DNA of 64,000 bases, from contig JAAOMT010000762.1 of NCBI GenBank assembly GCA_016748015.1, positions 186,001 to 250,000 on the forward strand, given 5' to 3'. Source of the stretch: Geosiphon pyriformis uo1. Its lineage: Eukaryota; Fungi; Glomeromycota. The stretch's first letter is position 1; every line of letters begins with the position of its first letter. Positions 51,139 to 64,000 of this stretch are shown piece after piece. A program made the position numbers and the translations under genes. The notes beneath the pieces were generated by a model, which made no database searches, had not been told where the DNA came from, and saw nothing but the letters and a program-made list of their open reading frames with translations.

Positions 51139-52551
51139 TTGGCCAAATTAAACATTGGAACAATGGATCCTGACCAACAGCAACAATTAAAAGCATTAAT
51201 TTTAAAATACTCTGATATATTTTCACAAAATGGCAAATTTGGAAGAACCAACTTGGTTCAACACCAAATCTCCACTGGAGACGCCAGACCTGAAAAACAA
51301 TGCGCTTACCATGTCCCACCAATGGAGCATAATTTTATCAGAGAAGAAGTCCAAAGCATGTTGGAAAAAGGAATAATACAACTATCAATGAGCCCATGGT
51401 CTTCACCAGTTGTTTTAGTAAAGAAAAAGAACAGAAAAATTAGATTTTGCGTTGACTATCACAAACTAAACAGCAAAACAACCAAAGACTCATACCCAAT
51501 ACTATTAATTGACAAAATTTTCAATGTTTTTGGAGAAGCAAAATGGTTTTCTATACTGGACTTGACCAGTGAGTACTGGCAAATAGAAATAGACCCAAAA
51601 GACAGGCATAAAACAGCATTCACAACACAAAATGGCAATTATGAGTTCAATGTAATGCCATTTGGATTAACAAACACTCCTACGACATTCCAAAGACTAA
51701 TAAACATAATTTACTTCAGAATTCTGTGGCAATCTATTGTTGTCTACTTGGATAATACAAATGTTTTCTCGTCAAAATTCATGAATCATCTCCAACATTT
51801 ACAACAAGTTTTTGAGAGATTGAGACATGCTGAACTTAAACTAAATCTAGAAAAATGTTTCTTTGGGAAAAATGAGCTAGCATTTTTAGGACACGTAGTT
51901 GAAAAAGATGGAATAAAACCAGATCCATCAAAAATAGACAAAGTGAAAAATTTTCCAGTATCTCAAAACGTTTCAGAAGTTAGAAGCTTTTTAGGACTCG
52001 CATCTTACTACTGCTGCTTTGTAGAAAACTTTTCAAACATTACCAAACTCCTTAATTACCTACTATCCAAAAATGTGAAGTTTGAATGGACTGAAGCACA
52101 ACAAAAAGCTTTTGAGTACCTTAGACAAAAGCTCATTGAATCACCAATAATGATCTATCCGAATTTTAACAAGAAATTCATTTTGGCCACAGATGTCTCT
52201 AGAACTGGACTTGGAGCCATTCTGTCACAAAAAAATGATAATAGAAGAGAATGTGTAATCATTTATGCCAGCAAAAGTCTCAGTACGGCAGAACAAAACT
52301 ACGCAGCACATGAACTTGAATGCTTAGCAGTAGTCTGGAGTTGTGTTCACTTTGACACATATTTACGGTACCAATCCTTTGAGATTATGACAGATCATAG
52401 AAGTCTGGTCTGGTTAAATAACAAGAAAGCACTAAAAAGAAAATATGCCAGATGGTTACAAATGTTAGCACTATATAATTATATTATCAAATACAAAGAA
52501 GGTACCAAAAATGCTAATGCTGACTGTTTGTCAAGAATGAGACACACATAA
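51139..52551 (+). CDS. Ty3/gypsy reverse transcriptase + RNase H; longest open pol segment, catalytic YLDD mutated to YLDN
   Basis: SPWSSPVVLV, RFCVDY, KTAFTT, VMPFGL, FLGHVV, LATDVS, ELECLAVVW, TDHRSL, NANADCLSR. Confidence 0.93.
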   Translation: MAKLNIGTMDPDQQQQLKALILKYSDIFSQNGKFGRTNLVQHQISTGDARPEKQCAYHVPPMEHNFIREEVQSMLEKGIIQLSMSPWSSPVVLVKKKNRKIRFCVDYHKLNSKTTKDSYPILLIDKIFNVFGEAKWFSILDLTSEYWQIEIDPKDRHKTAFTTQNGNYEFNVMPFGLTNTPTTFQRLINIIYFRILWQSIVVYLDNTNVFSSKFMNHLQHLQQVFERLRHAELKLNLEKCFFGKNELAFLGHVVEKDGIKPDPSKIDKVKNFPVSQNVSEVRSFLGLASYYCCFVENFSNITKLLNYLLSKNVKFEWTEAQQKAFEYLRQKLIESPIMIYPNFNKKFILATDVSRTGLGAILSQKNDNRRECVIIYASKSLSTAEQNYAAHELECLAVVWSCVHFDTYLRYQSFEIMTDHRSLVWLNNKKALKRKYARWLQMLALYNYIIKYKEGTKNANADCLSRMRHT

Positions 52552-53623
52552 AAATTACCAACCCATCTGTTACAACAACAATGAACAACCACCTTTACAA
52601 AAACCTCAGCCAATACTTGGAAAAACCAATACTACATTCCATTCAAAAACAGTTTACAGAATTTTCAAAGCATTTGAAAACTGTTATAAATTATTGTTGG
52701 ACCCAATCATGAACATAATAACAACCAACAGTATTGGACAACTTACCAATTCGCAATTTCAAGAATTACAACAACAAATTAATAACACAGTATTGAACTA
52801 CTATAGTAACTTAGAATTTAATGAAGAAATTAACTTCAATTTCGACAGAGCTCAATTTTGAAAGGAGGGGATAATGTTATGGTTTAAGAATTTAGCAAAA
52901 AGAATCATAAAAATAATACAAACTATTCAATCATAATATAGTGCAGTAATAATCTTAGAAAGGTAATGATTAACATAGTAGCAAACACCATCTCACAATA
53001 GTGGCAAGCACCAGTTTACAATAGCAGCCAACACCAACTGGTAATAGCAGCAAACACCAGGTTGAAATATCAAAAAGAAAGTATTACAATGTGTTTTCTC
53101 ATAAAACTACAAACATGTATATATACAGTAGTTTTAATATTGGGAAAAAAACAATCAAGTAATAAAAATCATAACTTATCAAGCAATAGATCCAATTTTA
53201 TCCAACAAACTCCACTTTAAATCATACTTTCAAATTAAATATCTCAAAAAATCTTTAAATCAAAAAGAAATGAAAAAGAATATTTAAAACTGAATTATCA
53301 CAACCCAAAGTATTAAGAAACTTACTTGTATTATTTATTGAATAAAACTATCATTCATCAACTGAATCTTTTGGAAGAATAATCCTTGATCAAGATTATT
53401 CACATTGTTACTAATTGATAAAAGCTTTATTGTAAGAATTAAAAAAAAAGTGCTAAAGACCATTAATATTCTGTATTTCTAGATTAGAGAAACACATTAG
53501 GCAATTGCAAAGATAGCCTCAGAGAAAACCCCAAACAGTGGGTAGATTTCAGTTCAGCCTCTGAAAAGGAGTACATAAACACACACAACAATTAGGAATT
53601 GAAGAATAACTTACATCACAACA

Positions 53624-56600
53624 TTAAAAAAAAAGTCTTCAGTATAACAGTGACATTATCACACAAATAGAATTGAGGAACTCACAAAAGACTGATTGTA
53701 ATTAAAACGGGATATCAGCAATTAAATATAACAAGAAAACTATCCCATAATACCATCCTTTTCTTATTTTTGTTTCTGTATTATATCTTTTTTTTATTAA
53801 TTGTAATTTCTATTTGAGTTGTGGATTATTAAATTGCTTTAAATAATTGTTTTGAGAGATTTAGGATTTGATCTGAGAGATTTATGATGAAAGTTTTGTC
53901 ATTTTTTTTGCTGTTTTGACTGTTATATATACTTGAATTTTCCAATTAAATAATTGTATGTTAATTATGTTTTAATGACAATAATTGGTTCCAGATCTCA
54001 TGATATATTATCTAAATTAATTAATGGAATTTGTGTTTTTAGTTGAAATACAAATGATGATATTTCTTGTTTTGTATAATAAATTTTCAACTGATTTTTA
54101 TGTGCTATTTTTTTTAAAATTCTGTTTTCTAATTTTAATTTGTAAGCTCCATTGCCTAAAACTTTATATATGTAAAATAAACCATCTTATTTTGGATCAA
54201 ACTTTTTACTTCACTGTTTCTTAGTCTTTATATAATATAACAATATTTGGTTTCCAATCTTAAATTCAATTAATTGGTTAGGTAAATGATTATTATGTCT
54301 TTTTTTCTGTTGTTTTTAAGCTTTGCTAATATTGTTAGCTGCTGTTCTATGATTGTTTTCTAATTTTTCTATAAGCTAATATGTTTTTTGGTATAAGATA
54401 GCTTTAAAATTCTCTTTGGCAATTGTTTTTATTGGAAAAGAAGATATTTTTTATTCAATAGGTAGAGTGGCTTTTTTTTATAGACTAGTTCAAATAGTAT
54501 GAATTGGATAGTATTTTGCTTTAATGTTTGATATGTAAATAATACAGAAAGTATAAATAAGTCTTATTTTTGTGTATTTTTGTAACTTATTTTTGCTAAT
54601 ACTTTACACAGTGTTTGGTTAAATCATTCTACTAGTCTATTTGTTTGTGGATAATATGGTAACAATAAAAGTTGTTTTATTCCAAATTATTGGCTTAGTT
54701 CAGTTAACATATTATTAATAAAATGTGTTTCTTAATTAAATAACAATTTTTTTGGACATCTATGGCAGCAAATTAGATCTTGGTGTACAAATTCAGCTAT
54801 TGTTTTAGTGTTAATCACTCAGATTGCTTTGGCTTTTGACTATTTAATAAAGTAGTTTATAGCTACAGCTATATAACAATTTTTCTTGAATGTAATTGAG
54901 AAAAAACCAACCAAATCAATTCCTATTTATTAAATAAATTTCCAATTAAAATGGATCAAAGTGGTTTTATTGTTTTGGCTCTTTCTTTTTGTTGACATAA
55001 GTCACAGTTGAAAACATATTCAAAGATGTTTTTATATATCATTGGCCAATAGTATAGATTTGTGGTTCTCTTTAGAGTAGCATCTTTATTGAAATGTCTT
55101 ACAGTTAAGTCAGAGTACATACTGTACAAAACAGTTTTTTTTTGTTGTCTTTTATAACTTGTTATGAGGTAGTGCAGTTTTGGTGTTCTTAACAATATAG
55201 TTGGTTGTTTTGAATAAAGTAATTACAAGCTTGTTTTCATATACTACTTTGTTCCTGTTAAGATAATAGTTCTTTAAACTGAAGGGTTAATAAATACTAG
55301 TGTAATTGCTAATAAGTAGTTGTATTCATGGGTTTGAAATTAGATTTACATTATTTTCGACAAACTGTCAATATTGGTGTTCTTGAATTTTTTTTTATAA
55401 TAAACTTTGTATAAGAATTTTTGCAGATAAGTATTTTATTGTGCATATTTTTCTTTCAGTTGTGGTTTATTAAGTAACTAAATAAGTTCCTTATAATTAG
55501 TGTATAAATTGAATAATTGGCAAAGATAGTGTCTCCAATTTTGTATTGTCTAGTAGATAATAAGACATTTCAAATCTGTTGTGTTATATATTTTCTTTAT
55601 TGTGTTAGTGCTGTAACTGGCATAGGTGATTAGATGTTCTCTGTTGTCTGGTCTAATTTGTAACAAAATGGCTTCTAGTAAATTTTTCGAGACATTTGTT
55701 ATAACAATGAAACATTTATTAAAATCTGAATAGATTAAGATGGATGCTGTTATTAAACATTGTTTGAAATAATTGAACACTCCTTGCTGTTTTTTCTTCC
55801 ATAGGTATGAGACATGTTTTGATAGTAAATAGTAAAAAAGTTTTGTGATATTAGAGAAGCTTTTGACAAATTAACAATAATATTTTACCAGTCTTAAAAA
55901 TTCTTGTAATTCTTACAGATTAATTGGGATTAAGAAATTTTTAACTTTCTGGACTTTATTTGGGTCGGATTTTACTCTATTTTTGCTTATTACATGTTCC
56001 AAAAATTTAAGTTCAGTCTTTCCAAAAAAACATTTGTCAGAGTTAAGTTTTAGTCTGGCACTTCAAAAGTAATCAAAGACTTATTAAAAATAAAGCAAGT
56101 AGTTGTCAAATGTTTTGGAAAATACATTGGTGTTATCTAGATATACTACAACTGATTTTCAAAGAATTTTTTTATACACAATATCTATAAGACACTAAAA
56201 GATAGTGGAAGTATTGTAGAGTTCAAAGAACATTATATTGAATTCAAAATTTTTATCTTGTGTGGTAAATATTTTTTTTTTGTTTTTGAAGTTTATTTCG
56301 ACTTGCCAATATCTATTAACTAGATTTAATGACAAAAACCATTTCTTTTTTTCTAGATTATTCAGAATTTTTTGAATTAGGAGAGTAAAATAGCTATTTT
56401 TTTAAGTAATACTGTTTAACTTTTAGTAGTCTATACAAAACTATATTTTTCTATTTTTTTTAATGACCAATATAACTGGAAAAAACCAAGAAATTAACAA
56501 TTTTTTGATTAATCTGTTATCTATCATTCATTGTATTTTCTGTTTAATCAGGTTATTGTCTGCTAAGATTACTTAATAGGCCCATTGTTTAATAAATTGT

Positions 56601-59600
56601 GTATCTCTTGTATTAATTTGGTGTTTTATAATGTAAGTGTATCCAAATTTATTTTTGCTGACAAAGACATCAGCATATTGGTTCAAGAGAATTTTAAGTT
56701 GCATTTGTTGCAGAATACTCAAGTTTCTTAAATTCAGTTTAGTAATTTCTTTGAGTGTGAATAAGTAACTTTTTTTTGGCAGATTTTATATTTGTAAAGT
56801 GATATTGTAGAATAAAAACAGTTGTGCAAAATCCAAAATAGGCTGTGGTTTTTTGAAATTCTGAATGTTAGGTAAAATAGAACCAACAAAAGTTCCTTTG
56901 GAAATTTTGATAATATCTTCAATGAAATTGTAAATAGAAATTTTGAAATGTTTGTGAGCCTTAACAAAGATATATAGATTAGCAACATCAACTAAACCAC
57001 AGATTTTTAGATTGGCTTTGAATAGTAAGACTTGGCCCTAAATCTTTCAATCCACTTTAAGAATATATTGTTAATATAGGAGAATAAAGATAACTGTGTT
57101 AATGTAGATAAATTCTATTTTGTTACTATCTTTCTTTATAAAATTAATTGGTATGTTCTTTTTTCTATTTGATTCAAACCCATTAATATTTTTGGTAATA
57201 AGACTTAGTTTTTTACATAATATAACTGAAGTTAATTGTAGTATTTTAACAAGAGGTAAGGAGATAGCTTGAGCAATTTTTTCTTGTAATTCAATTGTAT
57301 AAGATTTATCAAAATTGTTTTGTAGCATAACAATGATGTTTTCCATGTATTTAGCATTAATAATTCTTTTTTTTACATTAATTCTCCTTTTTGCAAGACT
57401 TAATTATAAGACAATTTGTATTATAATATTAACAGGAATTTCAAGAGCTATTTTGAGATCTATTTTTACAAAAAAGTGTGAGGCTATAACTACAGAAAAT
57501 TGTTTGGAATATCTTAAGTCAAATCCAGCATCATTTTCATGTGTCTTTTCAGGACAGATTTTTTTATTGTTGTAATTATACTATTTCAATTTTAATTTCT
57601 TGGAGAAGTCAGAATAGGCAAAATATTGTTCTATTTTAGTAATGTTACTTGGCTTTTGAAATAACATGCTCTCAGCATTAAATTCATATTTTTTTTTTGG
57701 TTCTAATAGTTTGAAGATAGAGTATAGTGTTTTTGAGAGTGAATTAAATAAGAAATTACACTTATTACAGTATTAAAAATAACAAGAAATCAAGCAATGA
57801 TTACATAGTTTTGTATTGAAGTCTGTTAATTTCTGTTCCTGTTTTTTTTGAGTTGGGGCCAGTTTTTGGTACTAGTCTTGAAATGCTTTAAGGTTATCTG
57901 TAAATATGTTGTCTATTTTTTCAATTATTACTGGGGCATTTTTTATGGTGCATATTTCCTTAATGGTGGCTTTTTTCTACTTGGTCATAGCCATTTTCCA
58001 AATTTTTTATTTATTATAAAAGTATAAATCCAGTTAATTTATTGTTTGACTATATGCTGTGGCAAACAAAGTGCCTTTGCTGGCTCAATTATTTATTAAA
58101 ATAGTGTATTGACATGATTTATCACATGTTCCTCCTTTGTCTAGAATATTATTCCACAATTCTTCTTTTGGTAGAATTTTGTTACATATAAAACATGGCA
58201 TGTTGTTCTATTTGTCTTGTTGCTTAAATTGTCTGTATTATTTTAATACATAAAGTTAGCAGTAATACTTAGTGGCTGTTAACCATACTTTGTTATTTTT
58301 AATACAAGCACTCATTAAAAACAACTTCTTTTTACAATTAATACAAATTAATTTAGAAGGTTAATAAGATTGTTCTCTTTGATTCAGACTTAGATAGCTT
58401 GATGGTAATTTGGGGGTTCTTCATTAGCCCTTTTTTTATTTTATTTTTTCCAGGTAGAAAGTGGTAATAGCTCTGTCTTGTAATTGTTAGTCCACAAAAC
58501 TTGGTAAGTTTCTAATGTTAATAGTAGTACTATTTTTTTAAATTTAATTAGCAGTTGGTCTAAGTTTTGGGTTCTGAAATATTTACATATGATAGATACT
58601 TAAGTATATTGCTCATTAAAAATGATTTGAAGTTTTTGTGTGTTCCAATCAAAAGTGGCATAAGCTTTTGATAGCCAATTATTTCTTATAAGAGTTTGGT
58701 ATTGGGTGGCTTCTATAATAAGTATCTTAATGAGAATTCAAATTTCATTAATTTTAAAGAGGAAATTATCAATTTCTCCTATTGGAGTTTTGATATTCCT
58801 ATTTGCAGTAATTATTTGAATGGTGGCAGCACAGTTTACTTAATGATCTAGTTGGTCCATAAGTTGTTTCATAATAATGCTACTTGCAAATCTACTATCA
58901 AATATTAATTTAATGTCTATTTGTTCCACTTTAGCATTCATGTATATTGCTGTAATTGGCCTATTCTAATTAAAAATGGCTTTGTTAAAAAAGTCAATTA
59001 TGTTCAGATTATTAATGTTGAATAGAAATATAGTAATGAAGATATTATCCTTGGTAATTGTGGCAAATAAAATCATATTGGTAGACAGATTGCTGTTTTG
59101 AATAAAAAAATTGCTGATTCTGATTATATTTTTTCTCTTTAAAAATATAATATTACCAAAATCCAAGTTTTTAGTAAGCTCAAGGTATAAGGCCTGGTTA
59201 GAATATCTAGTTTGTGCTGCTTGAAGTGGTATGTTGCTTTAATTTACTGATTGGAATGGCTTACTAATAGGTTGTATCTAATTCTATTAGTGCTTTACTA
59301 TTTTTGATTATAGTTAATTGTTCATGGTTTGGGATGACTATATATGAGAGCTTGGTACTAAAACATTGTCTATACTATTGCTTATGATGGCAGATAGTAA
59401 TTCTGAAACAATTGAGATAAGTACTGTAGTGGCTAATATTGGGGTATGAGATATTAGGATTCTATAGTTTGAGAGTATTTTTGTTGTTGTGAATATTAGT
59501 TTCTTCAGTTTTGGTCTACTATTTTTTTTTGGCAATTCCAGGCAATATATCTGGATTTCTGACAGTAGTAACAATTATGAGAATCTGATTTTCAAGATTG

Positions 59601-62600
59601 TTGTTGTTGTTGTTAATTTTATTGATGCTAGTATCAATTGTTATTGTTTCTATATTGTGGTGGCTGATAGATTTCTGTGGTTCTGGTTAAGAATTTCTTA
59701 ATTTTCTGAGTTAATTTTTCACTTAATTGGGTAAGCTTGGTGTTAATATCCAAAGTTTTATTTATAACCAAATTAATGGCTTGAGTATGATTGGGTTCTT
59801 GCTCTGCTAACTCGAAATCACAAGCCAAAGTAATGGTGTTTGATAATGTGGTTGGATGGTAGAATCTTACAGATTATAGGATACTTCTTCTTAAATCTTT
59901 AATAAATTGATTGAGAATTTGTTCTAGAATATAATATTTTCTTTTAATTGTCTGTATCTGTCAAAAAACTTGATTAAACCATCCAAAATAAGTGGTTACT
60001 GCTTTATAATCTTTTTGTTTTATTATATTAAATTGATTTTGTAGCTGAATGAATGTATTGAGATCACAAAAATACTATAAAAAAACAAGTTTAAAAGCAG
60101 CAAAGTTAGTTGGTTTTTTTTCAAGACTTTGGTATCAAGAGTCTGTGATTCCTGTCAAAAAAAAAGACAGTGCTTGAATGGTTTTGGTATTATCTCAATT
60201 GTTGGTGATAATTGCTTTTTCTGCTTCTACTATTCAGATATATGCATTATTTTTTTCACCAAAGAATTTTTTTAATCTGGTAATATCTCAGTAAGTTATT
60301 ATCTGAGTAATAGAAAGTAGTTTATTTGTTAATAATAAGAGTTTTAATAATGGTGTACTATATTGTTTTTTAGATGCTAATATTGATTGTTTTTTTTGTT
60401 GTTAGGGCCAATAGGTGGCAAAATGGCTGTTTCTTCTATAAAAGTAATTGCTAATTCTATTAAAGGCTGTGCTAGTGGTAGTGCTCAAGAGAACATGCTT
60501 TTATCAGATTAGTTGGCTATTGGAATAAGATTCCTAAATAATGATTTGTATTCTTTCAGAGATTTTGTCCAAAGATTATTATTATGATTCCAAAGATACA
60601 GGGTTTTGGAAATTTTTGGAGTTTTTGTTTGTGTTTTCATGAGTTGATTGAATAAAATTCTACTTTCTGATATCTGATAATATAAAAAAGTGGTTAATAA
60701 AAAAAATCTTGATTTCTTGTTAATCATAGATTGGGCTTGCTTTTGTGTAGCTGTTGTATTATTGGATTTGGACTCAAATTCTGTGAAGTCAGGCTTTATT
60801 ATTTGTTTTTTTTTTACTTAAGAGTATTGTTGTGCTATGTATTTTTTGATTTCTACATTAATTATACAAAAGGTCTCAGCTATGACTTGGGTAGTGGTTT
60901 TTGTTGAGTATGTTAATAACTTTTGATGAATTTGTTTTTCAAGTTTTTTTGTATTTCTTGTTCAGCCTAATAAACAATTAATTTTGGTGTGTAGATAATA
61001 ACAAAAATTACTTTCTGTGATAATAATTTCTGATGATATCTTTAAGTCTTTTCTAAAGTATCAAAATAAAGCTTTTTTATACAATAAATGATCTTTTTCT
61101 ACTGTCTCAATGATCACCACTTTTGTGAAATTTTGGAATATTCTGTTTTTGTGAATTTTATAATCTTATAAAAAACACTAAATATTATAAGTAAACTTGG
61201 TAGTATATGATAATAATATTTGGTGCTCAAAATTTGGGTTTTTAAGGAGTTTTTGGTGGTTTTTTTTGGTAAACTTGTTCAATATGTTAGTATTATCAGT
61301 CTTTAAAGATTTTTTTTTTGATTGATATGAATTTACTTATAGAGTTTTTTGGTTATAAGACACAGAAAGATGGTTTCATAATATTACAACTTCTTGTATG
61401 TGAGTTATCTTCTCTGAACTAGTTAAATACAGTTGTTAGAGTTTGGTGGTGTCTTTTCACTCTTCTGATAAGCTAACAAAATAATATTAATATCCAATAC
61501 TAAGAGGAGCTTCCTTTTTTTATCAGACTATTATAAAGTCTATTTCTAAACAGTCAATTTTCTTATATTCCTGCTTTATAAGAAAGAATAAAATAAAATA
61601 AAATAAAATAAAATAAAATAAAATAAATAAAAGAAAATAAAAGAAGATAAATTAATATCATCAATTACCATAATCAAAAGTAATTGGTTTAAGTTATAAT
61701 AATTTGAAACTGTTTATGCTAAGAGCATTTGACCAGAAACAAAAGTAAGAACAAGATTAATTCAACTATAGAAGGTGTTCAAAAGTTTCCAAACAAGATT
61801 TTATTTAACAATAATATTTATTTTTTATAAAATAAAACAAAATAAACAACATATTTATAATTTTATAGTAATTTTCTAAATTTTTCTATTAAGTGCTACT
61901 AAATATTTAAGTCAGCAATATTTTTGGTAAATAAATAAATGTAGATGTTCTGAATGAAATCTTGAATCAGTTGAACCAGTTTTTTTAAATTGTTTTATTG
62001 TATCTAAAACTGTTGTCAAGCTGCAATTAACTATGTTGACAATATCATAATACTTTTTGTCATACTGTTGTAATAAACATATAGTATTATATTGAGCAAT
62101 TGTTAATTCTTTTTTTGCTCCTATTTTGTTTTAATAAAAACAACGAAAAAATTTTATATGCATATTATATTTCATTTTTATAAAAAAACGAATATGAATA
62201 AAATCAATTATGCATATTACAAAAAAACATTATATACATGTGTTTAAAAAATAAAAATGCATAATTAAATAATTAACTAACTTAATTTAGTAATAAACTC
62301 ATGCTTTTCTAATTATTTAGGCATGTAAAATATTACTCCAAAGTTTGTTCAAAAACTTTTGGACACTTTCTGTACAACACATAAAATACAAGAATCATAC
62401 AGACAGGGATTTTGAGTTTTGTTAATATTTTTTTTATTTTAGTAATATAAAATATAAGATGTATCAAGGAATATGTAACAAATATAGATAGAAAGAAATT
62501 GATTCTTATCTATTTGTTTGTCTTTTTATCTTCTATAACTATTCTCTTTTATACATTTTTTTTAGTTTTATAAGACTGTTTTTGATTGTTTTGTTATTGC

Positions 62601-62812
62601 TAATTATTGTTTGTTATTTCTGTTATTGCTTTATTTTTCTATGTTATTACTAGTTATTTTTATTATTTTGTGCTATATTATATTATCATATTTTATATTG
62701 TGTTATTCTGAATTATTATGTATTATTCTGTGTTTATTTGTATTATCTTGTATTATCACATTTTTGATTATGTTTCTTTATAACTTAAATTGGTTTTTCT
62801 ACTCAAGTAACA
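53624..62812 (-). mobile_element. Ty3/gypsy element, LTR type D copy 2, lacking the 3' LTR
   Basis: 5' LTR 61183-62812, gag ~59500-61120 with CYYC knuckle, protease ~58640-58960, Cys module ~57720-58360, dUTPase ~57160-57590, RT/RNase H ~55350-56720, integrase ~54080-55329 (YYWPMIYKNIFEYVFNCDLCQ). Confidence 0.92.
61769..62372 (-). mobile_element. Internally deleted Tc1/mariner DNA transposon (604 bp) inside LTR D
   Basis: ~30-bp imperfect TIRs (CAGAAAGTGTCCAAAAGTTT / TAGAAGGTGTTCAAAAGTTT), TA on both sides; remnant GAKKELTIAQ..IVNIVNCSLTTVLDTIKQFKKTGSTDSR resembles a Tc1 transposase N-terminal HTH; absent from the other D LTRs. Confidence 0.88.
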
Positions 62813-64000
62813 ATGGTCTGTTGATAGATTGTGTTTGATTTCCACTGGTGTTTTGTTATCTTTAATTATAGTCAATGACTTAAAGTCTGAGGTGACTATA
62901 TATTGGAGCTTAATACTAAAGTATTATTTGTGTTATTGCTTATAGAGACTGATAATAAATTGAGGATGGTTGAAATAAGTACTATTGTTGTGGGTATTAT
63001 AGTAAAAAATATTAGACTCCTATGATTTAAAGATATCTTAGCTGTAATTAATATTGACTTTCTTAGCTTTGATTAACTAATTTTTTTTTGCAATCTTTTG
63101 TAATGTGTTTGGGTTTCTCATAATAATAATAAATACAGAAATCTGATCTCTAAGATTGTTGTTGTTGTTAATAATTGCTAAAGTTATTTCTTTGTTGTGG
63201 CAATTGATACATCTTAGAGTTTTTTGCTAAGAATTTTTTAATTTTCTGAGTTAATTTTTTACTTAATTAGATAAACTTGGCATCAATATCTAATGTTTTG
63301 TTTATGACTAAGTTGATAGCTTGAATATAATTGGCTTTTTGTTCTACTGATTTAAAGTTATAGACAAGTATTATAGTTTCTTATAAGCTATTAGGATAAT
63401 AAAATCTGCTAAATTGAAAAATACTACTCCTTAGTTTTTTAATAAATTGGTTGAGAGTTTGTCCTGATGTATAATAATTTCTTTTAATTGTCTAAATTTG
63501 GTGAAGAATTTGATTAAATTGTTTAAGATAAGTAGTTACTGCTTTGTAATTTTTTTGTTTTATTATATTAAATTAATTTTGTAATCTAATGAGCATATCG
63601 GAGTTACAGAAATATTATAAAAAGATAAATTTAAAAACAGCAAAGTCAACTAGTTTTTTCTTAAGACTTTAGTACCATAAATCTGCAGTTTTTTTCAAAA
63701 AAAAATAATGGCTTGAATTGTTTTGGCTTTGTTCTAATTATTGGCTCTAATTATTTTTTTGGCTTTTGCAATTCAGATATACATGTTTTTTTCTTTACTG
63801 AAGAATTTTTCCAATTTGCTAATATCTTTATAAGCCATAATTTAAGTAATAAGAATTGGTTTAATTGTTAACAAAAAGGATATTAACAAAAATAGATCTG
63901 GTTGCTTTGTTGTATTTATAACTAGTTATTTTTCTTTATTAATATGGCCAATAAGTTGTAGAAAAACTGTTCTGTCTAAAAGTATAGTGGTTAATTTATT
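62813..64000 (-). mobile_element. Decayed gag of another type D-like element (target of copy 2 insertion)
   Basis: Colinear with 17300-18350 and 59350-60460. Confidence 0.85.

Larger units (their letters stand above)
49762..53623 (+). mobile_element. Ty3/gypsy element, LTR type E, 3' part (Cys module, dUTPase, RT-RNase H, integrase deleted, accessory ORF end, PPT, 3' LTR)
   Basis: ORFs 49777-50478, 50545-50934, 51139-52551; PPT GAAAGGAGGGG at 52860-52870; LTR from TGTTATGG at 52875 to ~53623 (right end approximate). Confidence 0.88.

Noticed and set aside
44355-53623. Single intact element with duplicated dUTPase
   Set aside because: Non-matching LTRs, no TSD, an internal junction at 49762 and a deleted integrase.

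Overview
AT-rich, intron-containing fungal DNA; Glomeromycotina/Geosiphon-like is my inference from repeat and protein style, not a verified identification. About 85-90% of the window is nested, C>T/G>A-decayed transposons surrounding a ~5.5-kb island with two intact + strand genes: an ALYREF/Yra1-type mRNA export adaptor (23221-24711) and an N-myristoylation-motif RING-H2 ligase (25980-28193). The transposons are Ty3/gypsy LTR elements with five distinguishable LTR types (labelled A-E here), one near full-length LINE (APE-RT-RNase H) and an internally deleted Tc1/mariner. The most notable system is the expanded gypsy architecture shared by A, C, D and E: an AUG-less gag extension, then protease - multi-Cys zinc module - dUTPase - apparent degenerate second dUTPase-fold domain - RT - RNase H, an integrase with its own start codon, and a soluble accessory 3' ORF shared between LTR types. 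Also notable are a structured, probably autoregulatory intron 1 in the ALYREF gene and a TAATG stop-start overlap in the LINE. All alignments were done by eye; internal domain boundaries are approximate.
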